In this document: piece after piece, positions 37,488 through 45,531 of the stretch
Position numbering within the stretch: position 1 is the first letter of the stretch
Layout of the letters: the number at the start of each line of letters is the position of its first letter
Virus record (IMG/VR): IMGVR_UViG_3300047552_000880
Coordinates: 62,001-125,892 of that record
Direction: 5' to 3' (one strand)
Length of the DNA stretch: 63,892 nucleotides
DNA from: an uncultured virus (IMG/VR IMGVR_UViG_3300047552_000880)
Taxonomy: Duplodnaviria > Heunggongvirae > Uroviricota > Caudoviricetes
Position numbers and translations under genes: made by a program
Notes under the pieces: model-generated
Seen by the model: the letters and a program-made list of their open reading frames with translations, nothing else
Database searches by the model: none
What the model was told of the DNA's origin: nothing

Positions 37488-37548
37488 CTTGCTCCCCATT
37501 ACAACGGAATCACGAAAGAAGAATTCGAGTCCGTAGTAATTGACTGAC

Positions 37549-37595
37549 AAAATAATCTACACATAAAATTTAGTTGTGATACAATAACTCCATCG
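37549..37595 (+). promoter_or_regulatory. Repeated early promoter, copy 4
   Basis: aaaataatctacacataaaatttagttgtgaTACAATaactccatcg. Confidence 0.8.
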
Positions 37596-37616
37596 CAGCA
37601 AACTTAGGAGTCCAAA

Positions 37617-37877
37617 ATGGCTAAAACTTTCAAATTCTATTCTGATGCAGGTCACGGTTGGTTGGCAGTGAAACGAGAATTTCTCGTTAACCTTGGTGTT
37701 CAAGATAAAATTTCTTCTTACAGCTACCAGAGAGGTAAAACTGTTTATCTTGAAGAAGATTGTGATTGTTCTGTTTTAATCTCTGCCTTGCGTCAATCTG
37801 GCGTAGAATTTTCGATCAAAGAAGGAAAATTTGCTGAACGTTCTCCAATTCGTTCTTATGAAAGTTACCATGCGTAA
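37617..37877 (+). CDS. Conserved small phage protein
   Basis: FYSDAGHGWLAV...ISSYSYQ...VYLEEDCD motif; aggag RBS. Confidence 0.7.
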   Translation: MAKTFKFYSDAGHGWLAVKREFLVNLGVQDKISSYSYQRGKTVYLEEDCDCSVLISALRQSGVEFSIKEGKFAERSPIRSYESYHA

Positions 37878-38325
37878 ACTTATTATTCTCGTTGGACTCC
37901 CATGTACAGGGAAGTCTACCTATGCAAGAAACCTGACAAAAGATGGTGGTGTAGTCATTTCAACTGATGATTACATCGAAAGAGTAGCAAAAGAACAAGG
38001 TAAGACTTATTCCGATGTTTTCATGGACACAATCGGTTTCGCTATCGATGACATGGAAACTAAAATAAAACTTAATCAGGAAACTGATCTTGTTGTCATC
38101 GATCAAACAAATCTGTCGCGTAAGAAGCGAATGAAATTGATTGGGCAATTCCCTAATCACGAGCCTTGCATTGTTGTGTTCGGTAGTAGATTGTCTCTGT
38201 TCGCTTGGCTCCTTAATGTTTCAAGTCGTCCAGAGAAAGTCATTTCACTCAACATTGTTACTAAGATGTTTTCTTCTTATGAGGAACCTTCTTTCGACGA
38301 AGGCGCGAAAATAATCTACACATAA
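37870..38325 (+). CDS. P-loop kinase (AAA_33/polynucleotide kinase-like)
   Basis: LVGLPCTGKST, ISTDD and IDQTNL motifs. Confidence 0.8.
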   Translation: MRKLIILVGLPCTGKSTYARNLTKDGGVVISTDDYIERVAKEQGKTYSDVFMDTIGFAIDDMETKIKLNQETDLVVIDQTNLSRKKRMKLIGQFPNHEPCIVVFGSRLSLFAWLLNVSSRPEKVISLNIVTKMFSSYEEPSFDEGAKIIYT

Positions 38326-38354
38326 AAATTAGTTGTGATACAATAACTCCATCG
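38308..38354 (+). promoter_or_regulatory. Repeated early promoter, copy 5
   Basis: One mismatch to copy 4 over 47 bp. Confidence 0.8.
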
Positions 38355-38380
38355 ACAACGAAATGTGAATGGAGTTCAAA

Positions 38381-38809
38381 ATGACTGGTTACATCAAACC
38401 AACGTCTTTCGGTCAATCTCGTGCAGGTGAGTGCAATGATTGTACAGTTCGTGCCCTCGCAAATACAGGAGTGATGAGTTACGATGCTGCGTTTACTCAC
38501 ATGAAAGACTTCGGTCGTTCAAACAATCGCGGAGCAAACCAATCCACTTTGTTTTCTGCTTATGAAGCTGCTGGCTATAAAGCAAAAATTTTTGGTACAA
38601 CACGCACCGCTAAAGCATTCGCAAGAACCACTGGCTTAACAAAAGAAAAAGGAATGACAGTAAAAACTATGTTACAATCACCTGAATACAAAGGCAAGAC
38701 CTTTATTGCTGTTATTAAGGGTCATGCTTTTGCTGTCGTCAATGGCGGCATTGTTGATACATCTTATATCAAAGAAAACAGTCGTGTAACATCAATCTTC
38801 ATGAAATGA
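38381..38809 (+). CDS. Hypothetical protein (DCTVRALA...HAFAVVNG family)
   Basis: Cys and His motifs suggest a papain-like fold; ggag RBS. Confidence 0.6.
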   Translation: MTGYIKPTSFGQSRAGECNDCTVRALANTGVMSYDAAFTHMKDFGRSNNRGANQSTLFSAYEAAGYKAKIFGTTRTAKAFARTTGLTKEKGMTVKTMLQSPEYKGKTFIAVIKGHAFAVVNGGIVDTSYIKENSRVTSIFMK

Positions 38810-39000
38810 AATCTTTCATCTACAAAGTAACTTTACCGGAAGGCAAGACTATTCAGGGAAACCTGAATGTCTTTACTATCAGCGTAATTGCTGTCAACTC
38901 TACTACTGCAAAGGAATGGGTGAACCAAACCTTTGCTGGCGCAACAATGAACTACGTTGGTTCAACTGACCATGTACATCAGATTCCCAACCATGCATAA
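38806..39000 (+). CDS. Small hypothetical protein
   Basis: ATGA-coupled 64 aa ORF. Confidence 0.5.
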   Translation: MKSFIYKVTLPEGKTIQGNLNVFTISVIAVNSTTAKEWVNQTFAGATMNYVGSTDHVHQIPNHA

Positions 39001-39012
39001 ATAAATGCATGA

Positions 39013-39045
39013 GTCAGAAGCCATCGCTGACAATAACCAGATGGC
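39013..39045 (+). promoter_or_regulatory. H-type pseudoknot in the gene 32 leader (autoregulatory operator candidate)
   Basis: S1 GUCAG/CUGAC, S2 GCCAUC/GAUGGC; ATAAATA late promoter at 38997-39003. Confidence 0.7.
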
Positions 39046-39062
39046 ATTTTTAAAGGTGTAAA

Positions 39063-39929
39063 ATGAAAATTGATTTTAGTAAACTTCTCAAAGAAATTGA
39101 TCCAGCGAATCAAAAGAAAACTTTTGAGCGCGATGACGCACATTTCTGGCGTCTTAAGACCGATGAATCTGGTAATGGTAGTGCCGTGATTCGATTCCTT
39201 CCTGATGCCGAACCAACAAACATCCCATACTTCAAATTCTTTAAGTATGCATTCAAGAATCCAAAGACAGGTCGTTGGTACATCGAAAACAGTCCCACCA
39301 CAATTAGCAACAGTACACCTGACCCTGTTTATGAAGCAAATGGTAAGCTGACTGATTCTGCGGCGGATGTTGCTATCAAGAAACTGCGTAAGCGGAAAGT
39401 TTACTATCTCAGCAACATTCTGGTTGTCAAAGACCCTGCTAATCCAGAAAATAATGGTAAGGTTTTTCCATTCCAGTATGGGCAGAAAATCTATGATAAA
39501 ATCATGGCAGCAATCTATCCAGACGAAGCATTGGGCGAAGAATCGTTCATTCCATTTGATCCTGTTGGTGGCGCTGATTTCCTTCTGAAGCAGACCGTTG
39601 TTGGGGATTTCCCGAATTTCGATCAATCCAAGTTCAGTCGTATTAAGCCTATCACTGATGATGAAGATCGGTTGGCTGAGATTCTGTCTCAGTGTTATTC
39701 TCTGAAAGATCAGATCAAGATTAAGCCATATGACATTCTGAAGAAAAATTTTGATCGAGTCAATGGTGTTGCTGATACACCAGCGAAACCCGCTGATGAC
39801 GAAGATGAATTCGATACATTAGCAGAGTTGGCAAAGCCAGCCGCGAAACCCGCTGTCGAAAAGAAAGCGCCGACCGTCACTGCCGAAGATGACGATGAAG
39901 CATTCTTTAAATCTCTTTTGAACGACTAA
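39063..39929 (+). CDS. gp32: ssDNA-binding protein gp32
   Basis: GNGSAVIRFLP, WYIENS, NILVVKDPANPENNGKVF, GQKIYDKI motifs and an acidic tail. Confidence 0.96.
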   Translation: MKIDFSKLLKEIDPANQKKTFERDDAHFWRLKTDESGNGSAVIRFLPDAEPTNIPYFKFFKYAFKNPKTGRWYIENSPTTISNSTPDPVYEANGKLTDSAADVAIKKLRKRKVYYLSNILVVKDPANPENNGKVFPFQYGQKIYDKIMAAIYPDEALGEESFIPFDPVGGADFLLKQTVVGDFPNFDQSKFSRIKPITDDEDRLAEILSQCYSLKDQIKIKPYDILKKNFDRVNGVADTPAKPADDEDEFDTLAELAKPAAKPAVEKKAPTVTAEDDDEAFFKSLLND

Positions 39930-39936
39930 GAAAATA

Positions 39937-39952
39937 GGGGGCATATGCCCCC
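39937..39952. terminator. GC-rich palindrome after gene 32, possible terminator
   Basis: gggggcatatgccccc; weak U tract. Confidence 0.5.
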
Positions 39953-39960
39953 AATTGATT

Positions 39961-40896
39961 ATGAAAAATAAAAAATATGAAGGTAAGAACGGAATCTGGT
40001 GTAGAATCATTGCAGATTCGATTTCTCTTGGTGGTCATCGTATAACTACATTCGAAACTAATTTCCCTCGGTGGATTTTGGCGGAAGTTAATACGCACCG
40101 TGAACTGTCTAAGAATGCTGCGTCTTCTCGCGCTGTTCCTGTTGGTAGTTCTATTGACATGATTCTTGAGAATCCGGCTGTTCCTGTTCACTTTGGTGCA
40201 AACAATCCCGGAATGGTTTCCAATGTTGCCCTTGAAGGAATTCAGTTAGAGGGCGCAAAGGGGATGTGGGATTCAGCAATGCGATCTGCTGTCAATTTTG
40301 CTCGGGTCATGTCCGATAAGGCAGGCATCAATGGTCATAAGCAGTGGGTAAATCGTGTTATTGAAAATTACACATTTACCCGACAGGTCATTACTGGAAC
40401 CAAGTGGAATAATTTTTTCTGGCTCCGCGATCACCCTGATGCACAACCAGAGTTTCGAGAATTAGCTCATTGTATGCATACGGCATATAAAGAGACTACT
40501 CCGAGTGTATTGGAAGCTGGTCAATGGCACCTTCCATATGTTGACTTTGATGGTTCTAACTATCTTGTTGGTGATGAAGTCTATGATCTTGATACCGCAA
40601 TCAAAATCTCTGCGTCATGCTGTGCTCAGGTAAGTTATCGTAAACTGGATATGTCAATTGACAAGGTGACTTCTATCTACGATAAATTGAATATCGGGTC
40701 TACTGATAAGCCGCAACATGTTTCACCAACAGAACACCAAGCAACGCCGATTCCATTGAATGTTAAACCTTTTGAAACAAATACTTGGGTTGATGGTATC
40801 ACTCATGTTCGTCGTGATGGTATACTGTGCTCTGGTAATTTGACTGGCTGGATTCAGTATCGTCAACTGATCCCCGGACATACTAGAATGGGTTAA
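39961..40896 (+). CDS. thyX: Flavin-dependent thymidylate synthase
   Basis: AEVNTHRELSKNAASSRA, NFFWLR...AQPEF, CAQVSY and HVSPTEHQA motifs. Confidence 0.85.
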   Translation: MKNKKYEGKNGIWCRIIADSISLGGHRITTFETNFPRWILAEVNTHRELSKNAASSRAVPVGSSIDMILENPAVPVHFGANNPGMVSNVALEGIQLEGAKGMWDSAMRSAVNFARVMSDKAGINGHKQWVNRVIENYTFTRQVITGTKWNNFFWLRDHPDAQPEFRELAHCMHTAYKETTPSVLEAGQWHLPYVDFDGSNYLVGDEVYDLDTAIKISASCCAQVSYRKLDMSIDKVTSIYDKLNIGSTDKPQHVSPTEHQATPIPLNVKPFETNTWVDGITHVRRDGILCSGNLTGWIQYRQLIPGHTRMG

Positions 40897-40897
40897 C

Positions 40898-41221
40898 ATG
40901 AAAAAACTTATTGCAATTGCTCTACTGGCATCATCTTCTGCTTCTTTTGCTCTAACGGATGGGCAGGCTGCATTGATTGGTATTATTGTTGGTAGTCAGA
41001 TTAACAAAACGACTGCATACCAATATCAACCGCAATCGTTTGACTCACTGAAATATTATCGAAATGTACCTTCTCCAATTATTAGTTCTGCAACGGATGT
41101 TTGCTCAGGTATTTCTGACTCCATTGAGTTGGCTTATTGCCGGGGAGCAGCGCAAAGAGCAGAAATTGAACGCCGCCGAGCAGAGCAAGAGGCATACAAT
41201 CGAGGATTGAATGGTCGGTAA
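40898..41221 (+). CDS. Hypothetical secreted protein
   Basis: Sec-type signal peptide MKKLIAIALLASSSASFA. Confidence 0.65.
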   Translation: MKKLIAIALLASSSASFALTDGQAALIGIIVGSQINKTTAYQYQPQSFDSLKYYRNVPSPIISSATDVCSGISDSIELAYCRGAAQRAEIERRRAEQEAYNRGLNGR

Positions 41222-41414
41222 AATTTTTCACTGGATATCTCATAAGACCGGAAATTATTCCGGTCGAGTAATCTCTTGGAGAGACGATAAATACATTTTT
41301 ATTGGTTTCCAGTGCGACAAGTGTGGTGAAGTCGATAAAAAAACCATCAACGTTATTGAAAGTGTGATTGAAAATTATGAGCGAACAGACGATTCTTGTT
41401 ATGAAACTGATTAG
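41211..41414 (+). CDS. Small hypothetical protein
   Basis: 67 aa with CDKC; overlaps both neighbours. Confidence 0.5.
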   Translation: MVGKIFHWISHKTGNYSGRVISWRDDKYIFIGFQCDKCGEVDKKTINVIESVIENYERTDDSCYETD

Positions 41415-41679
41415 TGGCGAAGAACTGATTGCCACTGTGACCGAAGATTCTGGTCAATACATTGCAACTGATGTATTGCAGATCATGAGTGTTCCTGATG
41501 AACAGACCTCTACTATGCGAATGGGGTTGGTTGACTTCATGCCATACTCCAACGGAAAAGGTATTGCTATCCCTGCTGCGATGTGCATCGTTTCCTTTCC
41601 TTCCGAAGATTTCCTGAATCATTACAAACAGAAATTTGGGCGAATTATTACTCCATCAAGTAAGATTCAGTTGTCTTGA
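41377..41679 (+). CDS. Conserved T4-like Sm-fold-type hypothetical protein
   Basis: KLISGEELIA...FMPYS...YKQKFGRIITP motif. Confidence 0.7.
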   Translation: MSEQTILVMKLISGEELIATVTEDSGQYIATDVLQIMSVPDEQTSTMRMGLVDFMPYSNGKGIAIPAAMCIVSFPSEDFLNHYKQKFGRIITPSSKIQLS

Positions 41680-41897
41680 AATACATCAAGAGAAGCTCCG
41701 TTGAGTCTCAGCGGCTTTCCATAAAAGATCATCTTGCGGTGATCTTTTATAGTCTTTTTTTGATTCCTATTGTGATGGTGACATTTTGCTTTCAGAGTCT
41801 ATATCAATTGATTCTGATACCACATACAGTGATAAGCGATGTTTTCCTTGCAAGGCAATTCAAAATATTTTTGAGGGATAATGATGCCGACATATGA
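41676..41897 (+). CDS. Small hydrophobic hypothetical protein
   Basis: TTG start overlapping the upstream stop; TM-like segment. Confidence 0.4.
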   Translation: MKYIKRSSVESQRLSIKDHLAVIFYSLFLIPIVMVTFCFQSLYQLILIPHTVISDVFLARQFKIFLRDNDADI

Positions 41898-42150
41898 ATA
41901 TAAGTGTCAGGAGTGCGGAAACGTCAGGGACATGATCAAGTCTATCTCCACAAGGGATGAAACTGAGTCTGATGTTTGTCAAGAATGTGGATCGGTCGGT
42001 AAATACTCAAGACAAGTAGGGGCAGCAATGGTTGCTTATACTGTCACAGTAAACGGTTCTGGTAAGCCCCCATCTGGTTTTCGTGAAGTGTTAAAAAATA
42101 TTCAAAAGCGTTCTCCGGGAGCTAACCCGAACATGAGTAGCCACATCTAG
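41881..42150 (+). CDS. FmdB-family zinc-ribbon protein
   Basis: MPTYEYKCQECG...CQECG and GFREVLKNI; precedes phoH as in other T4-likes. Confidence 0.85.
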   Translation: MMPTYEYKCQECGNVRDMIKSISTRDETESDVCQECGSVGKYSRQVGAAMVAYTVTVNGSGKPPSGFREVLKNIQKRSPGANPNMSSHI

Positions 42151-42163
42151 AACGGATATTATT

Positions 42164-42985
42164 TTGACACGAAGCATTCGCACACCAAGAAAATCTATCA
42201 CAAACTCGTCTGCACAGAATGAGCGCACTGCAAAGAGACTGGCAAGGCAACAAAAGCGCCTTGAAAGAGAATTGTTGTGTGATATGGGGCAGATGACACA
42301 GGCTCAGGTCAAACCAATCAGAATCGATAATCTTAAGAACATCGATCCACTGACAGATACACAAACCGATTTTTTTGAGTGTTATGAGTCGAATCAGGCA
42401 GATGCTTTTGTTCTGTATGGTTCTGCTGGCACAGGTAAAAGTTATCTTGCAATGTATCATGCCCTTCAGGATGTTCTGTCAGGTGAGACAAGACAAAATC
42501 GTATTGTCATCGTAAGAACGACTGTTAGTGCAAGGGATATGGGAGCATTACCGGGAGTTGAGTCAGAAAAACTTGCTCCATATGAAGCGCCCTATATCGA
42601 CATTTGCCGTGACTTGCTTGGTCGAAAAGATGCATACGAAAAACTCAAAGATATGGGTGTTGTTGAATTCTATTCAACTGCATTCATTCGCGGAGTGACA
42701 TTCGATAATGCGATTGTGATTTTTGATGAAGTTCAAAACAGCACATTCCAAGAAACATCAAGTGTCGTAACACGTACTGGTAGAGACACAAAATTGATTA
42801 TCTGTGGTGACGGTAAGCAAGATGACCTGCATTACAAAAAGACTGATGTATCTGGTTTCCGTGACTTTCTGGCTGTGTCCAAAAATATGCCAGAATTCAG
42901 ACACTTTAGATTCGGTCCCGAAGATATCGTAAGGTCAGGAATCGTTAAATCTTGGATTCTTGCTTCAGAGAAACTAGGATTGTAA
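42164..42985 (+). CDS. phoH: PhoH-like ATPase
   Basis: GSAGTGKS, FIRGVTFDNA, DEVQN, ICGDGKQDD and DIVRSGIVK motifs. Confidence 0.93.
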   Translation: MTRSIRTPRKSITNSSAQNERTAKRLARQQKRLERELLCDMGQMTQAQVKPIRIDNLKNIDPLTDTQTDFFECYESNQADAFVLYGSAGTGKSYLAMYHALQDVLSGETRQNRIVIVRTTVSARDMGALPGVESEKLAPYEAPYIDICRDLLGRKDAYEKLKDMGVVEFYSTAFIRGVTFDNAIVIFDEVQNSTFQETSSVVTRTGRDTKLIICGDGKQDDLHYKKTDVSGFRDFLAVSKNMPEFRHFRFGPEDIVRSGIVKSWILASEKLGL

Positions 42986-43000
42986 TCAGGAATAGCCCTA

Positions 43001-43090
43001 GAACGCATTTAAACGGCTTTTGGGGCGTTTTTTCAATAAACTAAGGGGTAGATAACTCTTTACCCCATTTCTTCCTCTAAGGGCTTTATA
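43001..43090. repeat. Dispersed bipartite element, copy B (intergenic)
   Basis: aacgcatttaaacggcttttggggcg...ctctaagggctttata. Confidence 0.55.
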
Positions 43091-44644
43091 ATGATAAGTT
43101 GTAATGAGTGTGGTTCAACCAATTTGATCAAGAAGGGTACGTACACAACGGCATCCGGTGATTTCAAACAAAGATATAAATGCAATAACTGCGGCAGTCC
43201 TTTACGAGTGTCCAGCGAAAAGTTTTCAGAAGAAACAGAGATTGCGGTCGATTCGATCTACGATGAACCTACAAATGCAGGAATCAAGCGATATGTGATT
43301 ACCTCGGTTCAGAATAACTCTGATATCAATGAAGATTTTCTTTCTAGCCTTGATACATACTGCTCTTATAATGAGGCACAGTTGATGATCGTTCCGTTTG
43401 TCTATAACGGAGAGGGAACCATTGTTGAATATAATGTGAGTCCAAGGCACCGAGAATGCTTCGTCAATTCTCGCGTCAAACTACATGATGAACTGTTTGT
43501 GATGGGGCATTTCAATTTCTCGCCTACCACAGTCAACCCATTTGCTGGAATGGAGCCAATTTCAAAGGGAAATTCTCTGATCATTCCATCACCTCAGTTG
43601 CGAATGAAGTCTCTGGCAATGTCATCGAATCAACATCCAGCAATCTTGATTACAACAGGTGCAATCAGCGTCCCTAACTATTTGCCATCAAAGACAGGTG
43701 AACGCGCCTCGTTTAATCATTCATTCTCTGCGGTTGTGGTTGAAATTGATTCTGATAACGATTATCATATTCGTGTTCTGAATGCCGATATCACTGGCGG
43801 GTTCTATGATCTAGATGCATACTATACCCCCTATGGTGAAGTTTCAACCAATAATAACATCACATGTCTTGTTACGGGCGATGAACATGCTATCTTTGCT
43901 TGTCCTGATGTTGAGAGCGCAACATATACTGCCGCAGACTCGATTGTTAATATTTTGAATCCAAAGGTTGTTGTTCGTCATGATCTATTGGACTGCTATT
44001 CTGTGAGCCATCATCACCGGAAAGATTCTATTCTCTCTGTTGGTAAGTACCTATATGGAAATAACAGCATTCAAAGTGAATTGGATGCTACAATAGATTA
44101 TCTTGAGCGCACGACAGGAGATTTTGATAACGTTATCGTTTCATCGAATCACAACGATCATTTGACCAAGTGGCTCAAGGAAGTTGACATTAAATCAGAG
44201 CCTTGGAATGCATTGTTGTATCATCAACTGATGTACCTTACTCTTGCGAGTATTGAGAAGACCGATGTTGGTATCAGCTATGCAAACCCATTTGAAACAT
44301 ATTTCCGCGATTCAGAGGTATCAAATACAACGAATGTCAAGTTTCTTGGTAGAGACGAGTCATTCACCGTACATGGGATTGAACTGAATGCGCATGGTGA
44401 TGTTGGTGTGAATGGTTCTCGTAGTAGCCTTGCTCAGTATTCCAATCTGGCTCAGAAATATGTGATTGGTCATTCGCATACACCGGGAATTATTTGGGGT
44501 GCATATCAAGTAGGAACCAGTTCTCGCTTGAAATTAGAGTATAATCGGGGACCGTCTAGCTGGATGAATACGCACTGTATCATTCACGAAAACGGAAAAC
44601 GTCAGCTTATTAACATTATTAACGGAAAGTGGAGAGCTAAATGA
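43091..44644 (+). CDS. Zn-ribbon plus metallophosphoesterase-like protein (T5 A1-like)
   Basis: N-terminal CNEC/CNNC; GDEH, HD, SNHNDH, HGD and GHSH metal-binding motifs. Confidence 0.7.
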   Translation: MISCNECGSTNLIKKGTYTTASGDFKQRYKCNNCGSPLRVSSEKFSEETEIAVDSIYDEPTNAGIKRYVITSVQNNSDINEDFLSSLDTYCSYNEAQLMIVPFVYNGEGTIVEYNVSPRHRECFVNSRVKLHDELFVMGHFNFSPTTVNPFAGMEPISKGNSLIIPSPQLRMKSLAMSSNQHPAILITTGAISVPNYLPSKTGERASFNHSFSAVVVEIDSDNDYHIRVLNADITGGFYDLDAYYTPYGEVSTNNNITCLVTGDEHAIFACPDVESATYTAADSIVNILNPKVVVRHDLLDCYSVSHHHRKDSILSVGKYLYGNNSIQSELDATIDYLERTTGDFDNVIVSSNHNDHLTKWLKEVDIKSEPWNALLYHQLMYLTLASIEKTDVGISYANPFETYFRDSEVSNTTNVKFLGRDESFTVHGIELNAHGDVGVNGSRSSLAQYSNLAQKYVIGHSHTPGIIWGAYQVGTSSRLKLEYNRGPSSWMNTHCIIHENGKRQLINIINGKWRAK

Positions 44645-44841
44645 AAGTCGAAACCAATCAGCGATTCGTTTCAAAGAAAACCGGAAACAACATTCTGGTC
44701 AAGAAAGTTTTCCGAACCGGAACTAATCGCAAACATGATATTGTGGTTGTGGTTGATGTTCAGCGAGGTGTCGGGAAAATTGAGACTGCCCGTATTATGG
44801 AGTCTGATAGTATTCGTCGTCGTTACCGTGAAATTTTGTGA
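44641..44841 (+). CDS. Small basic hypothetical protein
   Basis: 66 aa, coupled to the upstream gene. Confidence 0.55.
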   Translation: MKVETNQRFVSKKTGNNILVKKVFRTGTNRKHDIVVVVDVQRGVGKIETARIMESDSIRRRYREIL

Positions 44842-44850
44842 AGGAAAATA

Positions 44851-45480
44851 ATGAAAGCAGATGCAGAAGAAGTTGAAATCGTTGAAATTCTGAATCAGGC
44901 GCAACAAAGCGGGATGATTCGAGTCAATAAACAGGTCATTACTCAATATAACGTTTTTCTGGATCGACAGATCGGAGCACCTTCTGAGTATCGTGATCTG
45001 ATCAATGCTCTATATAACGCAGGGGAAGGCGATATTTTCAATATCGTTATTAATTCTCCGGGCGGTTATCTGAGTTCAGCAATGGCGATTATTGAGGCAA
45101 TCAATAACACAGAAGCATTGGTTCGTGCTATCATGGTCGGGGAGTGTCACTCTGCTGCCAGTCTGATTGCCCTGAAGTGTCATGAAATTGTTTTGGGTCA
45201 ATACTCTCATATGATGTGTCATACCGCTGATTATGTCAGTGGCGGAAACACACATAATGTTCAGGCTCATGCAAACTTTAGTACATCATATATCAATCGA
45301 ATCATTGATGATGTTTATAAAGACTTCCTGACAGAGACTGAGTTGAGTGATTTGCGTAAGGGAGCCGAAGTTTGGCTAGATTATGATGAACTAGAAAAGC
45401 GAATGCTGAAACGACAGGAACTGTTAGTGAAGGCAGCAAAAGAAGAAGCCAAAATACCGAACAAAGGTAAAAAGGCTTAA
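44851..45480 (+). CDS. clpP: ClpP-like serine protease
   Basis: INSPGG, CHSAASLI, MMCH and EVWL motifs. Confidence 0.85.
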   Translation: MKADAEEVEIVEILNQAQQSGMIRVNKQVITQYNVFLDRQIGAPSEYRDLINALYNAGEGDIFNIVINSPGGYLSSAMAIIEAINNTEALVRAIMVGECHSAASLIALKCHEIVLGQYSHMMCHTADYVSGGNTHNVQAHANFSTSYINRIIDDVYKDFLTETELSDLRKGAEVWLDYDELEKRMLKRQELLVKAAKEEAKIPNKGKKA

Positions 45481-45484
45481 AAAG

Positions 45485-45525
45485 AATGGCAAGTGACCCT
45501 TGCCATTTTTATTTTGTGATATAAT
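45485..45525 (+). promoter_or_regulatory. Terminator hairpin followed by an extended -10 promoter
   Basis: aatggcaag/cttgccatt stem plus T run, then TGaTATAAT; the same TGTGATATAAT occurs at about 48580-48590. Confidence 0.55.
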
Positions 45526-45531
45526 TTTGTT

